NCBI GenBank assembly: GCA_964016885.1
Contig: OZ024743.1
Location: forward strand, 270,258,001 to 270,322,000
Length of the DNA: 64,000 bases
Direction: 5' to 3'
DNA from: Eledone cirrhosa
Taxonomy: Eukaryota
The translations under genes were made by a program, and so were the position numbers. A model generated the notes under the pieces. That model was not told the origin of the DNA and did no database searches. It saw only the letters and a program-made list of their open reading frames with translations. Shown piece by piece: positions 50,351 to 62,300 of this stretch. Position 1 is the first letter of the stretch. Each line of letters opens with the position of its first letter.

Positions 50351-53300
50351 GTGTTTGGAGTGGTGTTGATGTTAGTGGTGTTGGTAGTAGTGTTTGAGGT
50401 GGTGTTGATGTTAGTGGTGTTGGTAGTAGTGTTTGAGGTGGTGTTGATGTTAGTGGTATTGGTAGTAGTGTTTGAGGTGGTGTTGATATTAGCGGTGTTG
50501 GTAGTAGTGTTTGAGGTGGTGTTGATGTTTGTGGTGTTGGGGGTAGTGTTTGAGGTGGTGTTGATGTTAGTGGTATTGGTAGTAGTGTTTGAGGTGGTGT
50601 TGATGTTAGTGGGGTTGGTAGTAGTGTTTGAGGTGGTGTTGATGTTAGTGGTGTTGGCAGTAGTGTTTGGGGTGGTGTTGATGTTAGTGGTGTTGGGGGT
50701 AGTGTTTGAGGTGGTGTTGATGTTAGTGGTGTTGGTAGTAGTGTTTGAGGTGGTGTTGATGTTAGTGGTGTTGGGGGTAGTGTTTGAGGTGGTGTTGATG
50801 TTAGTGGTGTTGGTAGTAGTGTCTGAGGTGGTGTTGATGTTAGTGGTGTTGGGAGTAGTGTTTGAGGTGGTGTTGATGTTAGTGGTGTTGGTAGTAGTGT
50901 TTGAGGTGGTGTTGATGCTAGTGGTGTTGGGGGTAGTGTTTGAGTTGGTGTTAATGTTAGCGGTGTTGGTAGTAGTGTTTGAGGTGGTGTTGATGTTAGT
51001 GGTGTTGGTAGTAGTGTTTGAGGTGGTGTTCATGTTAGAGGTGTTGGTAGTAGTGTATGAGGTGGTGTTGATGTTAGTGGTGTTGGTAGTAGTGTTTGAG
51101 GTGGTGTTGATGTTAGTGGTGTTGGTAGTAGTGTTTGAGGTGGTGTTGATGTTAATGGTGTTGGTAGTAGTGTTTGTGGTGGTGTTGATGTTAGTGGTGT
51201 TTGTAGTAGTGTTTGAGGTGGTGTTGATGTTAGTGGTGTTGGTAGTAGTGTTTGAGGTGGTGTTGATGTTAGTGGTGTTGGTAGTAGTGTTTGAGGTGGT
51301 GTTGATGTTAGTGGTGTTGGTAGTAGTGTTTGAGGTGGTGTTGATGTTAGTGGTGTTGGTAGTAGTGTTTGAGGTGGTGGTGATGTTAGTGGTGTTGGGG
51401 GTAGTGTTTGAGGTGGTGTTGATGTTAGTGGTGTTGGTAGTAGTGTTTGAGGTGGTGTTGATGTTAGTGGTGTTGGGGGTAGTGTTTGAGGTGGTGTTGA
51501 TGTTAGTGGTGTTGGTAGTAGTGTCTGAGGTGGTGTTGATGTTAGTGGTGTTGGTAGTAGTGTTTGAGGTGGTGTTGATGTTAGTGGTGTTGGTAGTAGT
51601 GTTTGAGGTGGTGGTGATGTTAGTGGTGTTGGGTGTAGTGTTTGAGGTGGTGTTGATGTTAGTGGTGTTGGTAGTAGTGATTGAGGTGGTGTTGATGTTA
51701 GTGGTGTTGGGGTTAGTGTTTGAGGTGGTGTTGATGTTAGTGGTGTTGGTGGTAGTGTTTGAGGTGGTGTTGATGTTAGCGGTGTTGGTAGTAGTGTGTG
51801 AGGTGGTGTTGATGTTAGCGGTGTTGGTAGTAGTGTTTGAGGTGGTGTTGATGTTAGTGCTGTTGGTAGTAGTGTTTGAGGTGGTGTTGATGTTTGTGGT
51901 GTTGGTAGTAGTGTTTGAGGAGGTGTTGATGTTAGTGGTGTTGGTAGTAGTGTTTGAGGTGGTGTTGATGTTAGTGGTGTTGGTAGTAGTGTTTGAGGTG
52001 GTGTTGATGTTACTGGTGTTGGTAGTAGTGTTTGAGGTGGTGTTGATGTTAGTGGTATTGGTAGTAGTGTTTGAGGTGGTGTTGATGTTAGTGGTGTTGG
52101 TAGTAGTGTTTGAGGTGGTGTTGATGTTAGTGGTGTTGGTAGTAGTGTTTGAGGTGGTGTTGATGTTAGTGGTACTGGTATTAGTGTTTGAGGTGGTGTT
52201 GATGTTAGTGGTGTTGGTAGTAGTGTTTGAGGTGGTGTTGATGTTAGTGGTACTGGTAGTAGTGTTTGAGGTGGTGTTGATGTTAGTGGTATTGGGGTAG
52301 TGTTTGGAGTGGTGTTGATGTTAGTGGTGTTGGTAGTAGTGTTTGAGGTGGTGTTGATGTTAGTGGTATTGGTAGTAGTGTTTGAGGTGGTGTTGATGTT
52401 AGTGGTGTTGGTAGTAGTGTTTGTGGTGGTGTTGATGTTAGTGGTGTTTGTAGTAGTGTTTGAGATGGTGTTGATGTTAGTGGTGTTGGTAGTAGTGTTT
52501 GAGGTGGTGTTGATGTTAGTGGTGTTGGTAGTAGTGTTTGAGGTGGTGTTGATGTTAGTGGTGTTGGTAGTAGTGTTTGAGGTGGTGTTGATGTTAGTGG
52601 TGTTGGGTGTAGTGTTTGAGGTGGTGTTGATGTTAGTGGTGTTGGTAGTAGTGTCTGAGGTGGTGTTGATGTTAGTGGTGTTGGTAGTAGTGTTTGTGGT
52701 GGTGTTGATGTTAGTGGTGTTTGTAGTAGTGTTTGAGGTGGTGTTGATGTTAGTGGTACTGGTAGTAGTGTTTGAGGTGGTGTTGATGTTAGTGGTATTG
52801 GCGTAGTGTTTGGAGTGGTGTTGATGTTAGTGGTGTTGGTAGTAGTGTTTGAGGTGGTGTTGATGTTAGTGGTGTTGGTAGTAGTGTTTGAGGTGGTGTT
52901 GATGTTAGTGGTATTGGTAGTAGTGTTTGATGTGGTGTTGATATTAGCGGTGTTGGTAGTAGTGTTTGAGGTGGTGTTGATGTTTGTGGTGTTGGGGGTA
53001 GTGTTTGAGGTGGTGTTGATGTTAGTGGTATTGGTAGTAGTGTTTGAGGTGGTGTTGATGTTAGTGGGGTTGGTAGTAGTGTTTGAGGTGGTGTTGATGT
53101 TAGTGGTGTTGGCAGTAGTGTTTGGGGTGGTGTTGATGTTAGTGGTGTTGGGGGTAGTGTTTGAGGTGGTGTTGATGTTAGTGGTGTTGGTAGTAGTGTT
53201 TGAGGTGGTGTTGATGTTAGTGGTGTTGGGGGTAGTGTTTGAGGTGGTGTTGATGTTAGTGGTGTTGGTAGTAGTGTCTGAGGTGGTGTTGATGTTAGTG

Positions 53301-55260
53301 GTGTTGGGAGTAGTGTTTGAGGTGGTGTTGATGTTAGTGGTGTTGGTAGTAGTGTTTGAGGTGGTGTTGATGCTAGTGGTGTTGGGGGTAGTGTTTGAGT
53401 TGGTGTTAATGTTAGCGGTGTTGGTAGTAGTGTTTGAGGTGGTGTTGATGTTAGTGGTGTTGGTAGTAGTGTTTGAGGTGGTGTTCATGTTAGAGGTGTT
53501 GGTAGTAGTGTATGAGGTGGTGTTGATGTTAGTGGTGTTGGTAGTAGTGTTTGAGGTGGTGTTGATGTTAGTGGTGTTGGTAGTAGTGTTTGAGGTGGTG
53601 TTGATGTTAATGGTGTTGGTAGTAGTGTTTGTGGTGGTGTTGATGTTAGTGGTGTTTGTAGTAGTGTTTGAGGTGGTGTTGATGTTAGTGGTGTTGGTAG
53701 TAGTGTTTGAGGTGGTGTTGATGTTAGTGGTGTTGGTAGTAGTGTTTGAGGTGGTGTTGATGTTAGTGGTGTTGGTAGTAGTGTTTGAGGTGGTGTTGAT
53801 GTTAGTGGTGTTGGTAGTAGTGTTTGAGGTGGTGGTGATGTTAGTGGTGTTGGGGGTAGTGTTTGAGGTGGTGTTGATGTTAGTGGTGTTGGTAGTAGTG
53901 TTTGAGGTGGTGTTGATGTTAGTGGTGTTGGGGGTAGTGTTTGAGGTGGTGTTGATGTTAGTGGTGTTGGTAGTAGTGTCTGAGGTGGTGTTGATGTTAG
54001 TGGTGTTGGTAGTAGTGTTTGAGGTGGTGTTGATGTTAGTGGTGTTGGTAGTAGTGTTTGAGGTGGTGGTGATGTTAGTGGTGTTGGGTGTAGTGTTTGA
54101 GGTGGTGTTGATGTTAGTGGTGTTGGTAGTAGTGATTGAGGTGGTGTTGATGTTAGTGGTGTTGGGGGTAGTGTTTGAGGTGGTGTTGATGTTAGTGGTG
54201 TTGGTGGTAGTGTTTGAGGTGGTGTTGATGTTAGCGGTGTTGGTAGTAGTGTGTGAGGTGGTGTTGATGTTAGCGGTGTTGGTAGTAGTGTTTGAGGTGG
54301 TGTTGATGTTAGTGCTGTTGGTAGTAGTGTTTGAGGTGGTGTTGATGTTTGTGGTGTTGGTAGTAGTGTTTGAGGAGGTGTTGATGTTAGTGGTGTTGGT
54401 AGTAGTGTTTGAGGTGGTGTTGATGTTAGTGGTGTTGGTAGTAGTGTTTGAGGTGGTGTTGATGTTACTGGTGTTGGTAGTAGTGTTTGAGGTGGTGTTG
54501 ATGTTAGTGGTATTGGTAGTAGTGTTTGAGGTGGTGTTGATGTTAGTGGTGTTGGTAGTAGTGTTTGAGGTGGTGTTGATGTTAGTGGTGTTGGTAGTAG
54601 TGTTTGAGGTGGTGTTGATGTTAGTGGTACTGGTATTAGTGTTTGAGGTGGTGTTGATGTTAGTGGTGTTGGTAGTAGTGTTTGAGTTGGTGTTGATGTT
54701 AGTGGTACTGGTAGTAGTGTTTGAGGTGGTGTTGATGTTAGTGGTATTGGGGTAGTGTTTGGAGTGGTGTTGATGTTAGTGGTGTTGGTAGTAGTGTTTG
54801 AGGTGGTGTTGATGTTAGTGGTATTGGTAGTAGTGTTTGAGGTGGTGTTGATGTTAGTGGTGTTGGTAGTAGTGTTTGTGGTGGTGTTGATGTTAGTGGT
54901 GTTTGTAGTAGTGTTTGAGGTGGTGTTGATGTTAGTGGTGTTGGTAGTAGTGTTTGAGGTGGTGTTGATGTTAGTGGTGTTGGTAGTAGTGTTTGAGGTG
55001 GTGTTGATGTTAGTGGTGTTGGTAGTAGTGTTTGAGGTGGTGTTGATGTTAGTGGTGTTGGGTGTAGTGTTTGAGGTGGTGTTGATGTTAGTGGTGTTGG
55101 TAGTAGTGTCTGAGGTGGTGTTGATGTTAGTGGTGTTGGTAGTAGTGTTTGTGGTGGTGTTGATGTTAGTGGTGTTTGTAGTAGTGTTTGAGGTGGTGTT
55201 GATGTTAGTGGTGTTGGTAGTAGTGTTTGAGGTGGTGTTGATGTTAGTGGTGTTGGTAGT
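50351..55260 (+). repeat. Higher-order tandem duplication, unit 2455 bp (63 monomers minus 2 bp)
   Basis: ORFs 50351..52300 and 52806..54755 are both 649 aa and nearly identical. Shared markers: GTTCATG, GTATGAG, TTAATGG, GTGATTGAG, GTGTGTGAG. Confidence 0.9.
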
Positions 55261-56391
55261 AGTGTTTGAGGTGGTGTTGATGTTAGTGGTGTTGGTAGTA
55301 GTGTTTGAGGTGGTGTTGATGTTAGTGGTGTTGGTAGTAGTGTTTGAGGTGGTGGTGATGTTAGTGGTGTTGGGGGTAGTGTTTGAGGTGGTGTTGATGT
55401 TAGTGGTGTTGGTAGTAGTGTTTGAGGTGGTGTTGATGTTAGTGGTGTTGGGGGTAGTGTTTGAGGTGGTGTTGATGTTAGTGGTGTTGGTAGTAGTGTC
55501 TGAGGTGGTGTTGATGTTAGTGGTGTTGGTAGTAGTGTTTGAGGTGGTGTTGATGTTAGTGGTGTTGGTAGTAGTGTTTGAGGTGGTGGTGATGTTAGTG
55601 GTGTTGGGTGTAGTGTTTGAGGTGGTGTTGATGTTAGTGGTGTTGGTAGTAGTGTCTGAGGTGGTGTTGATGTTAGTGGTGTTGGGGGTAGTGTTTGAGG
55701 TGGTGTTGATGTTAGTGGTGTTGGTAGTAGTGTCTGAGGTGGTGTTGATGTTAGTGGTGTTGGTAGTAGTGTTTGAGGTGGTGTTGATGTTAGTGGTGTT
55801 GGTAGTAGTGTTTGAGGTGGTGTTGATGTTAGTGGTGTTGGTGGTAGTGTTTGAGGTGGTGTTGATGTTAGCGGTGTTGGTAGTAGTGTGTGAGGTGGTG
55901 TTGATGTTAGCGGTGTTGGTAGTAGTGTTTGAGGTGGTGTTGATGTTAGTGCTGTTGGTAGTAGTGTTTGAGGTGGTGTTGATGTTTGTGGTGTTGGTAG
56001 TAGTGTTTGAGGAGGTGTTGATGTTAGTGGTGTTGGTAGTAGTGTTTGAGGTGGTGTTGATGTTAGTGGTGTTGGTAGTAGTGTTTGAGGTGGTGTTGAT
56101 GTTACTGGTGTTGGTAGTAGTGTTTGAGGTGGTGTTGATGTTAGTGGTATTGGTAGTAGTGTTTGAGGTGGTGTTGATGTTAGTGGTGTTGGTAGTAGTG
56201 TTTGAGGTGGTGTTGATGTTAGTGGTGTTGGTAGTAGTGTTTGAGGTGGTGTTGATGTTAGTGGTACTGGTATTAGTGTTTGAGGTGGTGTTGATGTTAG
56301 TGGTGTTGGTAGTAGTGTTTGAGGTGGTGTTGATGTTAGTGGTACTGGTAGTAGTGTTTGAGGTGGTGTTGATGTTAGTGGTATTGGGGTA

Positions 56392-59300
56392 GTGTTTGGA
56401 GTGGTGTTGATGTTAGTGGTGTTGGTAGTAGTGTTTGAGGTGGTGTTGATGTTAGTGGTATTGGTAGTAGTGTTTGAGGTGGTGTTGATGTTAGCGGTGT
56501 TGGTAGTAGTGTTTGAGGTGGTGTTGATGTTTGTGGTGTTGGGGGTAGTGTTTGAGGTGGTGTTGATGTTAGTGGTGTTGGTAGTAGTGTTTGAGGTGGT
56601 ATTGATGTTAGTGGTATTGGTAGTAGTGTTTGAGGAGGTGTTGATGTTAGTGGTGTTGGTAGTAGTGTTTGAGGTGGTGTTGATGTTAGTGGTGTTGGTA
56701 GTAGTGTTTGAGGTGGCGTTGATGTTACTGGTGTTGGTAGTAGTGTTTGAGGTGGTGTTGATGTTAGTGGTATTGGTAGTAGTGTTTGAGGTGGTGTTGA
56801 TGTTAGTGGTGTTGTTAGTAGTGTTTGAGGAGGTGTTGATGTTAGTGGTGTTGGTAGTAGTGTTTGAGGTGGTGTTGATGTTAGTGGTATTGGTAGTAGT
56901 GTTTGAGGTGGTGTTGATGTTAGTGGTGTTGGTAGTAGTGTTTGAGGTGGTGTTGATGTTAGTGGTGTTGGTAGTAGTGTTTCAGGTGGTGTTGATGTTA
57001 GTGGTGTTGGTAGTAGTGTTTGAAGTGGTGTTGATGTTTGTGGTGTTGGTAGTAGTGTTTGAGGAGGTGTTGATGTTAGTGGTGTTGGCAGTAGTGTTTG
57101 AGGTGGTGTTGATGTTAGTGGTATTGGTAGTAGTGTTTGAGGTGGTGTTGATGTTAGTGGTGTTGGTAGTAGTGTTTGAGGTGGTGTTGATGTTAGCGGT
57201 GTTGGTAGTAGTGTTTGAGGTGGTGTTGATGTTTCTGGTGTTGGGGGTAGTGTTTGAGGTGGTGTTGATGTTAGTGGTGTTGGTAGTAGTGTTTGAGGTG
57301 GTGTTGATGTTTGTGGTGTTGGTAGTAGTGTTTGAGGAGGTGTTGATGTTAGTGGTGTTGGTAGTAGTGTTTGAGGTGGTGTTGATGTTAGTGGTGTTGG
57401 TAGTAGTGTTTGAGGTGGTGTTGATGTTAGTGGTGTTGGTAGTAGTGTTTGAGGTGGTGTTGATGTTACTGGTGTTGGTAGTAGTGTTTGAGGTGGTGTT
57501 GATGTTAGTGGTATTGGTAGTAGTGTTTGAGGTGGTGTTGATGTTAGCGGTGTTGATAGTAGTGTTTGAGGAGGTGTTGATGTTAGTGGTGTTGGTAGTA
57601 GTGTTTGAGGTGGTGTTGATGTTAGAGGTGTTGGTAGTAGTATATGAGGTGGTGTTGATGTTAGTGGTGTTGGTAGTAGTGTTTGAGGTGGTGTTGATGT
57701 TAGTGGTGTTGGTAGTAGTGTTTGAGGTGGTGTTGATGTTACTGGTGTTGGTAGTAGTGTTTGAGGTGGTGTTGATGTTAGTGGTATTGGTAGTAGTGTT
57801 TGAGGTGGTGTTGATGTTAGCGGTGTTGATAGTAGTGTTTGAGGAGGTGTTGATGTTAGTGGTGTTGGTAGTAGTGTTTGAGGTGGTGTTGATGTTAGAG
57901 GTGTTGGTAGTAGTATATGAGGTGGTGTTGATGTTAGTGGTGTTGGTAGTAGTGTTTGAGGTGGTGTTGATGTTAGTGGTGTTGGTAGTAGTGTTTGAGG
58001 TGGTGTTGATGTTAGCGGTGTTGGTAGTAGTGTTTGAGGTGGTGTTGATGTTAGTGGTATTGGTAGTAGTGTTTGAGGTGGTGTTGATGTTAGTGGTGTT
58101 GGTAGTAGTGTTTGAGGTGGTGGTGGTGTTAGTGGTGTTGGTAGTAGTGTTTGATGTGGTGTTGATATTAGTGGTGTTGGTAGTAGTGTTTGAGGTGGTA
58201 TTTATGTTAGTGGTATTGGTAGTAGTGTTAGAGGTGGTGTTGATGTTAGTGGTGTTGGTAGTAGTGTTTGAGGTGGTGTTGATGTTAGTGGTGTTGGTAG
58301 TAGTGTTTGAGGTGGTGTTGATGTAGTGGTGTTGGTAGTATTGTTTGAGGTGGTGTTGGTGTTAGAGGTGTTGGTAGTAGTGTTTGAGGTGGTGTTGATG
58401 TTAGTGGTGTTGGTAGTAGTGTTTGAGGTGGTGGTGGTGTTAGTGGTGTTGGTAGTAGTGTTTGAGGTGGTGTTGGTGTTAGAGGTGTTGGTAGTAGTGT
58501 TTGAGGTGGTGTTGATGTTAGTGGTGTTGGTAGTAGTGTTTGAGGTGGTGTTGATGTTAGCGGTGTTGGTAGTAGTGTTTGAGGTGGTGTTGATGTTAGT
58601 GGTGTTGGTAGTAGTGTTTGAGGAGGTGTTGATGTTAGTGGTGTTGGTAGTAGTGTTTGAGGAGGTGTTGATGTTAGTGGTGTTGGTAGTAGTGTTTGAT
58701 GTGGTGTTGATGGTAGTGGTGTTGGTAGTAGTGTTTGAGGTGGTATTGATGTTAGTGGTATTGGTAGTAGTGTTTGAGGAGGTGTTGATGTTAGTGGTGT
58801 TGGTAGTAGTGTTTGAGGTGGTGGTGGTGTTAGTGGTGTTGGTAGTAGTGTTTGATGTGGTGTTGATGTTAGTGGTGTTGGTAGTAGTGTTTGAGGTGGT
58901 ATTGATGTTAGTGGTATTGGTAGTAGTGTTTGAGGAGGTGTTGATGTTAGTGGTGTTGGCACTAGTGTTTGAGGTGGTGTTGATGTTAGTGGTGTTGTTA
59001 GTAGTGTTTGAGGAGGTGTTGATGTTAGTGGTGTTGGTAGTAGTGTTTGAGGTGGTGTTGATGTTAGTGGTATTGGTAGTAGTGTTTGAGGTGGTGTTGA
59101 TGTTAGTGGTGTTGGTAGTAGTGTTTGAGGTGGTGTTGATGTTAGTGGTATTGGTAGTAGTGTTTGAGGTGGTGTTGATGTTAGTGGTTTTGGTAGTAGT
59201 GTTTGAGGAGGTGTTGATGTTAGTGGTGTTGATGTTAGAGGTGTTGGTAGTAGTGTTTGAGGTGGTGTTGATGTTAGTGGTGTTGGTAGTAGTGTTTGAG

Positions 59301-62300
59301 GTGGTGTTGATGTTAGTGGTGTTGGTAGTAGTGTTTGAGGTGGTGTTGATGTTAGTGGTGTTGGTAGTAGTGTTTGAGGTGGTGTTGATGTTAGTGGTGT
59401 TGGTAGTAGTGTTTCAGGTGGTGTTGATGTTAGTGGTGTTGGTAGTAGTGTTTGAAGTGGTGTTGATGTTTGTGGTGTTGGTAGTAGTGTTTGAGGAGGT
59501 GTTGATGTTAGTGGTGTTGGCAGTAGTGTTTGAGGTGGTGTTGATGTTAGTGGTATTGGTAGTAGTGTTTGAGGTGGTGTTGATGTTAGCGGTGTTGGTA
59601 GTAGTGTTTGAGGTGGCGTTGATGTTTCTGGTGTTGGGGGTAGTGTTTGAGGTGGTGTTGATGTTAGTGGTGTTGGTAGTAGTGTTTGAGGTGGTGTTGA
59701 TGTTTGTGGTGTTGGTAGTAGTGTTTGAGGAGGTGTTGATGTTAGTGGTGTTGGTAGTAGTGTTTGAGGTGGTGTTGATGTTAGTGGTGTTGGTAGTAGT
59801 GTTTGAGGTGGTGTTGATGTTAGTGGTGTTGGTAGTAGTGTTTGAGGTGGTGTTGATGTTACTGGTGTTGGTAGTAGTGTTTGAGGTGGTGTTGATGTTA
59901 GTGGTATTGGTAGTAGTGTTTGAGGTGGTGTTGATGTTAGTGGGGTTGGTAGTAGTGTTTGAGGTGGTGTTGATGTTAGTGGTGTTGGTAGTAGTGTTTG
60001 AGGTGGTGTTGATGTTAGTGGTACTGGTATTAGTGTTTGAGGTGGTGTTGATGTTAGTGGTGTTGGTAGTAGTGTTTGAGGTGGTGTTGATGTTAGTGGT
60101 ACTGGTAGTAGTGTTTGAGGTGGTGTTGATGTTAGTGGTATTGGGGTAGTGTTTGGAGTGGTGTTGATGTTAGTGGTGTTGGTAGTAGTGTTTGAGGTGG
60201 TGTTGATGTTAGTGGTGTTGGTAGTAGTGTTTGAGGTGGTGTTGATGTTAGTGGTATTGGTAGTAGTGTTTGAGGTGGTGTTGATATTAGCGGTGTTGGT
60301 AGTAGTGTTTGAGGTGGTGTTGATGTTTGTGGTGTTGGGGGTAGTGTTTGAGGTGGTGTTGATGTTAGTGGTATTGGTAGTAGTGTTTGAGGTGGTGTTG
60401 ATGTTAGTGGGGTTGGTAGTAGTGTTTGAGGTGGTGTTGATGTTAGTGGTGTTGGCAGTAGTGTTTGGGGTGGTGTTGATGTTAGTGGTGTTGGGGGTAG
60501 TGTTTGAGGTGGTGTTGATGTTAGTGGTGTTGGTAGTAGTGTTTGAGGTGGTGTTGATGTTAGTGGTGTTGGGGGTAGTGTTTGAGGTGGTGTTGATGTT
60601 AGTGGTGTTGGTAGTAGTGTTTGAGGAGGTGTTGATGTTAATGGTGTTGGTAGTAGTGTTTGAGGTGGTGTTGATGTTAGTGGTGTTGGTAGTAGTGTTT
60701 GAGGTGGTGGTGGTGTTAGTGGTGTTGGTAGTAGTGTTTGAGGTGGTGTTGGTGTTAGAGGTGTTGGTAGTAGTGTTTGAGGTGGTGTTGATGTTAGTGG
60801 TGTTGGTAGTAGTGTTTGAGGTGGTGTTGATGTTAGCGGTGTTGGTAGTAGTGTTTGAGGTGGTGTTGATGTTAGTGGTGTTGGTAGTAGTGTTTGAGGA
60901 GGTGGTGATGTTAGTGGTGTTGGTAGTAGTGTTTGAGGAGGTGTTGATGTTAGTGGTGTTGGTAGTAGTGTTTGATGTGGTGTTGATGTTAGTGGTGTTG
61001 GTAGTAGTGTTTGAGGTGGTATTGATGTTAGTGGTATTGGTAGTAGTGTTTGAGGAGGTGTTGATGTTAGTGGTGTTGGTAGTAGTGTTTGAGGTGGTGG
61101 TGGTGTTAGTGGTGTTGGTAGTAGTGTTTGATGTGGTGTTGATGTTAGTGGTGTTGGTAGTAGTGTTTGAGGTGGTATTGATGTTAGTGGTATTGGTAGT
61201 AGTGTTTGAGGAGGTGTTGATGTTAGTGGTGTTGGCAGTAGTGTTTGAGGTGGTGTTGATGTTAGTGGTGTTGTTAGTAGTGTTTGAGGAGGTGTTGATG
61301 TTAGTGGTGTTGGTAGTAGTGTTTGAGGTGGTGTTGATGTTAGTGGTATTGGTAGTAGTGTTTGAGGTGGTGTTGATGTTAGTGGTGTTGGTAGTAGTGT
61401 TTGAGGTGGTGTTGATGTTAGTGGTATTGGTAGTAGTGTTTGAGGTGGTGTTGATGTTAGTGGTTTTGGTAGTAGTGTTTGAGGAGGTGTTGATGTTAGT
61501 GGTGTTGGTAGTAGTGTTTGAGGTGGTGTTGATGTTAGAGGTGTTGGTAGTAGTGTTTGAGGTGGTGTTGATGTTAGTGGTGTTGGTAGTAGTGTTTGAG
61601 GTGGTGTTGATGTTAGTGGTGTTGGTAGTAGTGTTTGAGGTGGTGTTGATGTTAGTGGTGTTGGTAGTAGTGTTTGAGGAGGTGTTGATGTTAGTGGTGT
61701 TGGTAGTAGTGTTTGAGGTGGTGTTGATGTTAGCGGTGTTGGTAGTAGTGTTTGAGGTGGTGTTGATGTTAGTGGTATTGGGGTAGTGTTTGGAGTGGTG
61801 TTGATGTTAGTGGTGTTGGTAGTAGTGTTTGAGGTGGTGTTGATGTTAGTGGTATTGGTAGTAGTGTTTGAGGTGGTGTTGATGTTAGCGGTGTTGGTAG
61901 TAGTGTTTGAGGTGGTGTTGATGTTTGTGGTGTTGGGGGTAGTGTTTGAGGTGGTGTTGATGTTAGTGGTGTTGGTAGTAGTGTTTGAGGTGGTGTTGAT
62001 GTTAGTGGTGTTGGCAGTAGTGTTTGGGGTGGTGTTGATGTTAGTGGTGTTGGGGGTAGTGTTTGAGGTGGTGTTGATGTTAGTGGTGTTGGTAGTAGTG
62101 TTTGAGGTGGTGGTGGTGTTAGTGGTGTTGGTAGTAGTGTTTGATGTGGTGTTGATGTTAGTGGTGTTGGTAGTAGTGTTTGAGGTGGTATTGATGTTAG
62201 TGGTATTGGTAGTAGTGTTTGAGGAGGTGTTGATGTTAGTGGTGTTGGTAGTAGTGTTTGAGGTGGTGTTGATGTTAGTGGTGTTGGTAGTAGTGTTTGA

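Noticed and set aside
31045-61800. All 1-bp deletions are homopolymer sequencing errors hiding one giant intact mucin exon
   Set aside because: Many deletions recur at the same position of duplicated blocks with linked substitutions, some are outside G-runs (29010/32128, 58321/63910), TGA stops recur in the Thr/Asn frame, and the inversion breaks strand continuity. Isolated G4/G5 differences could still be errors.
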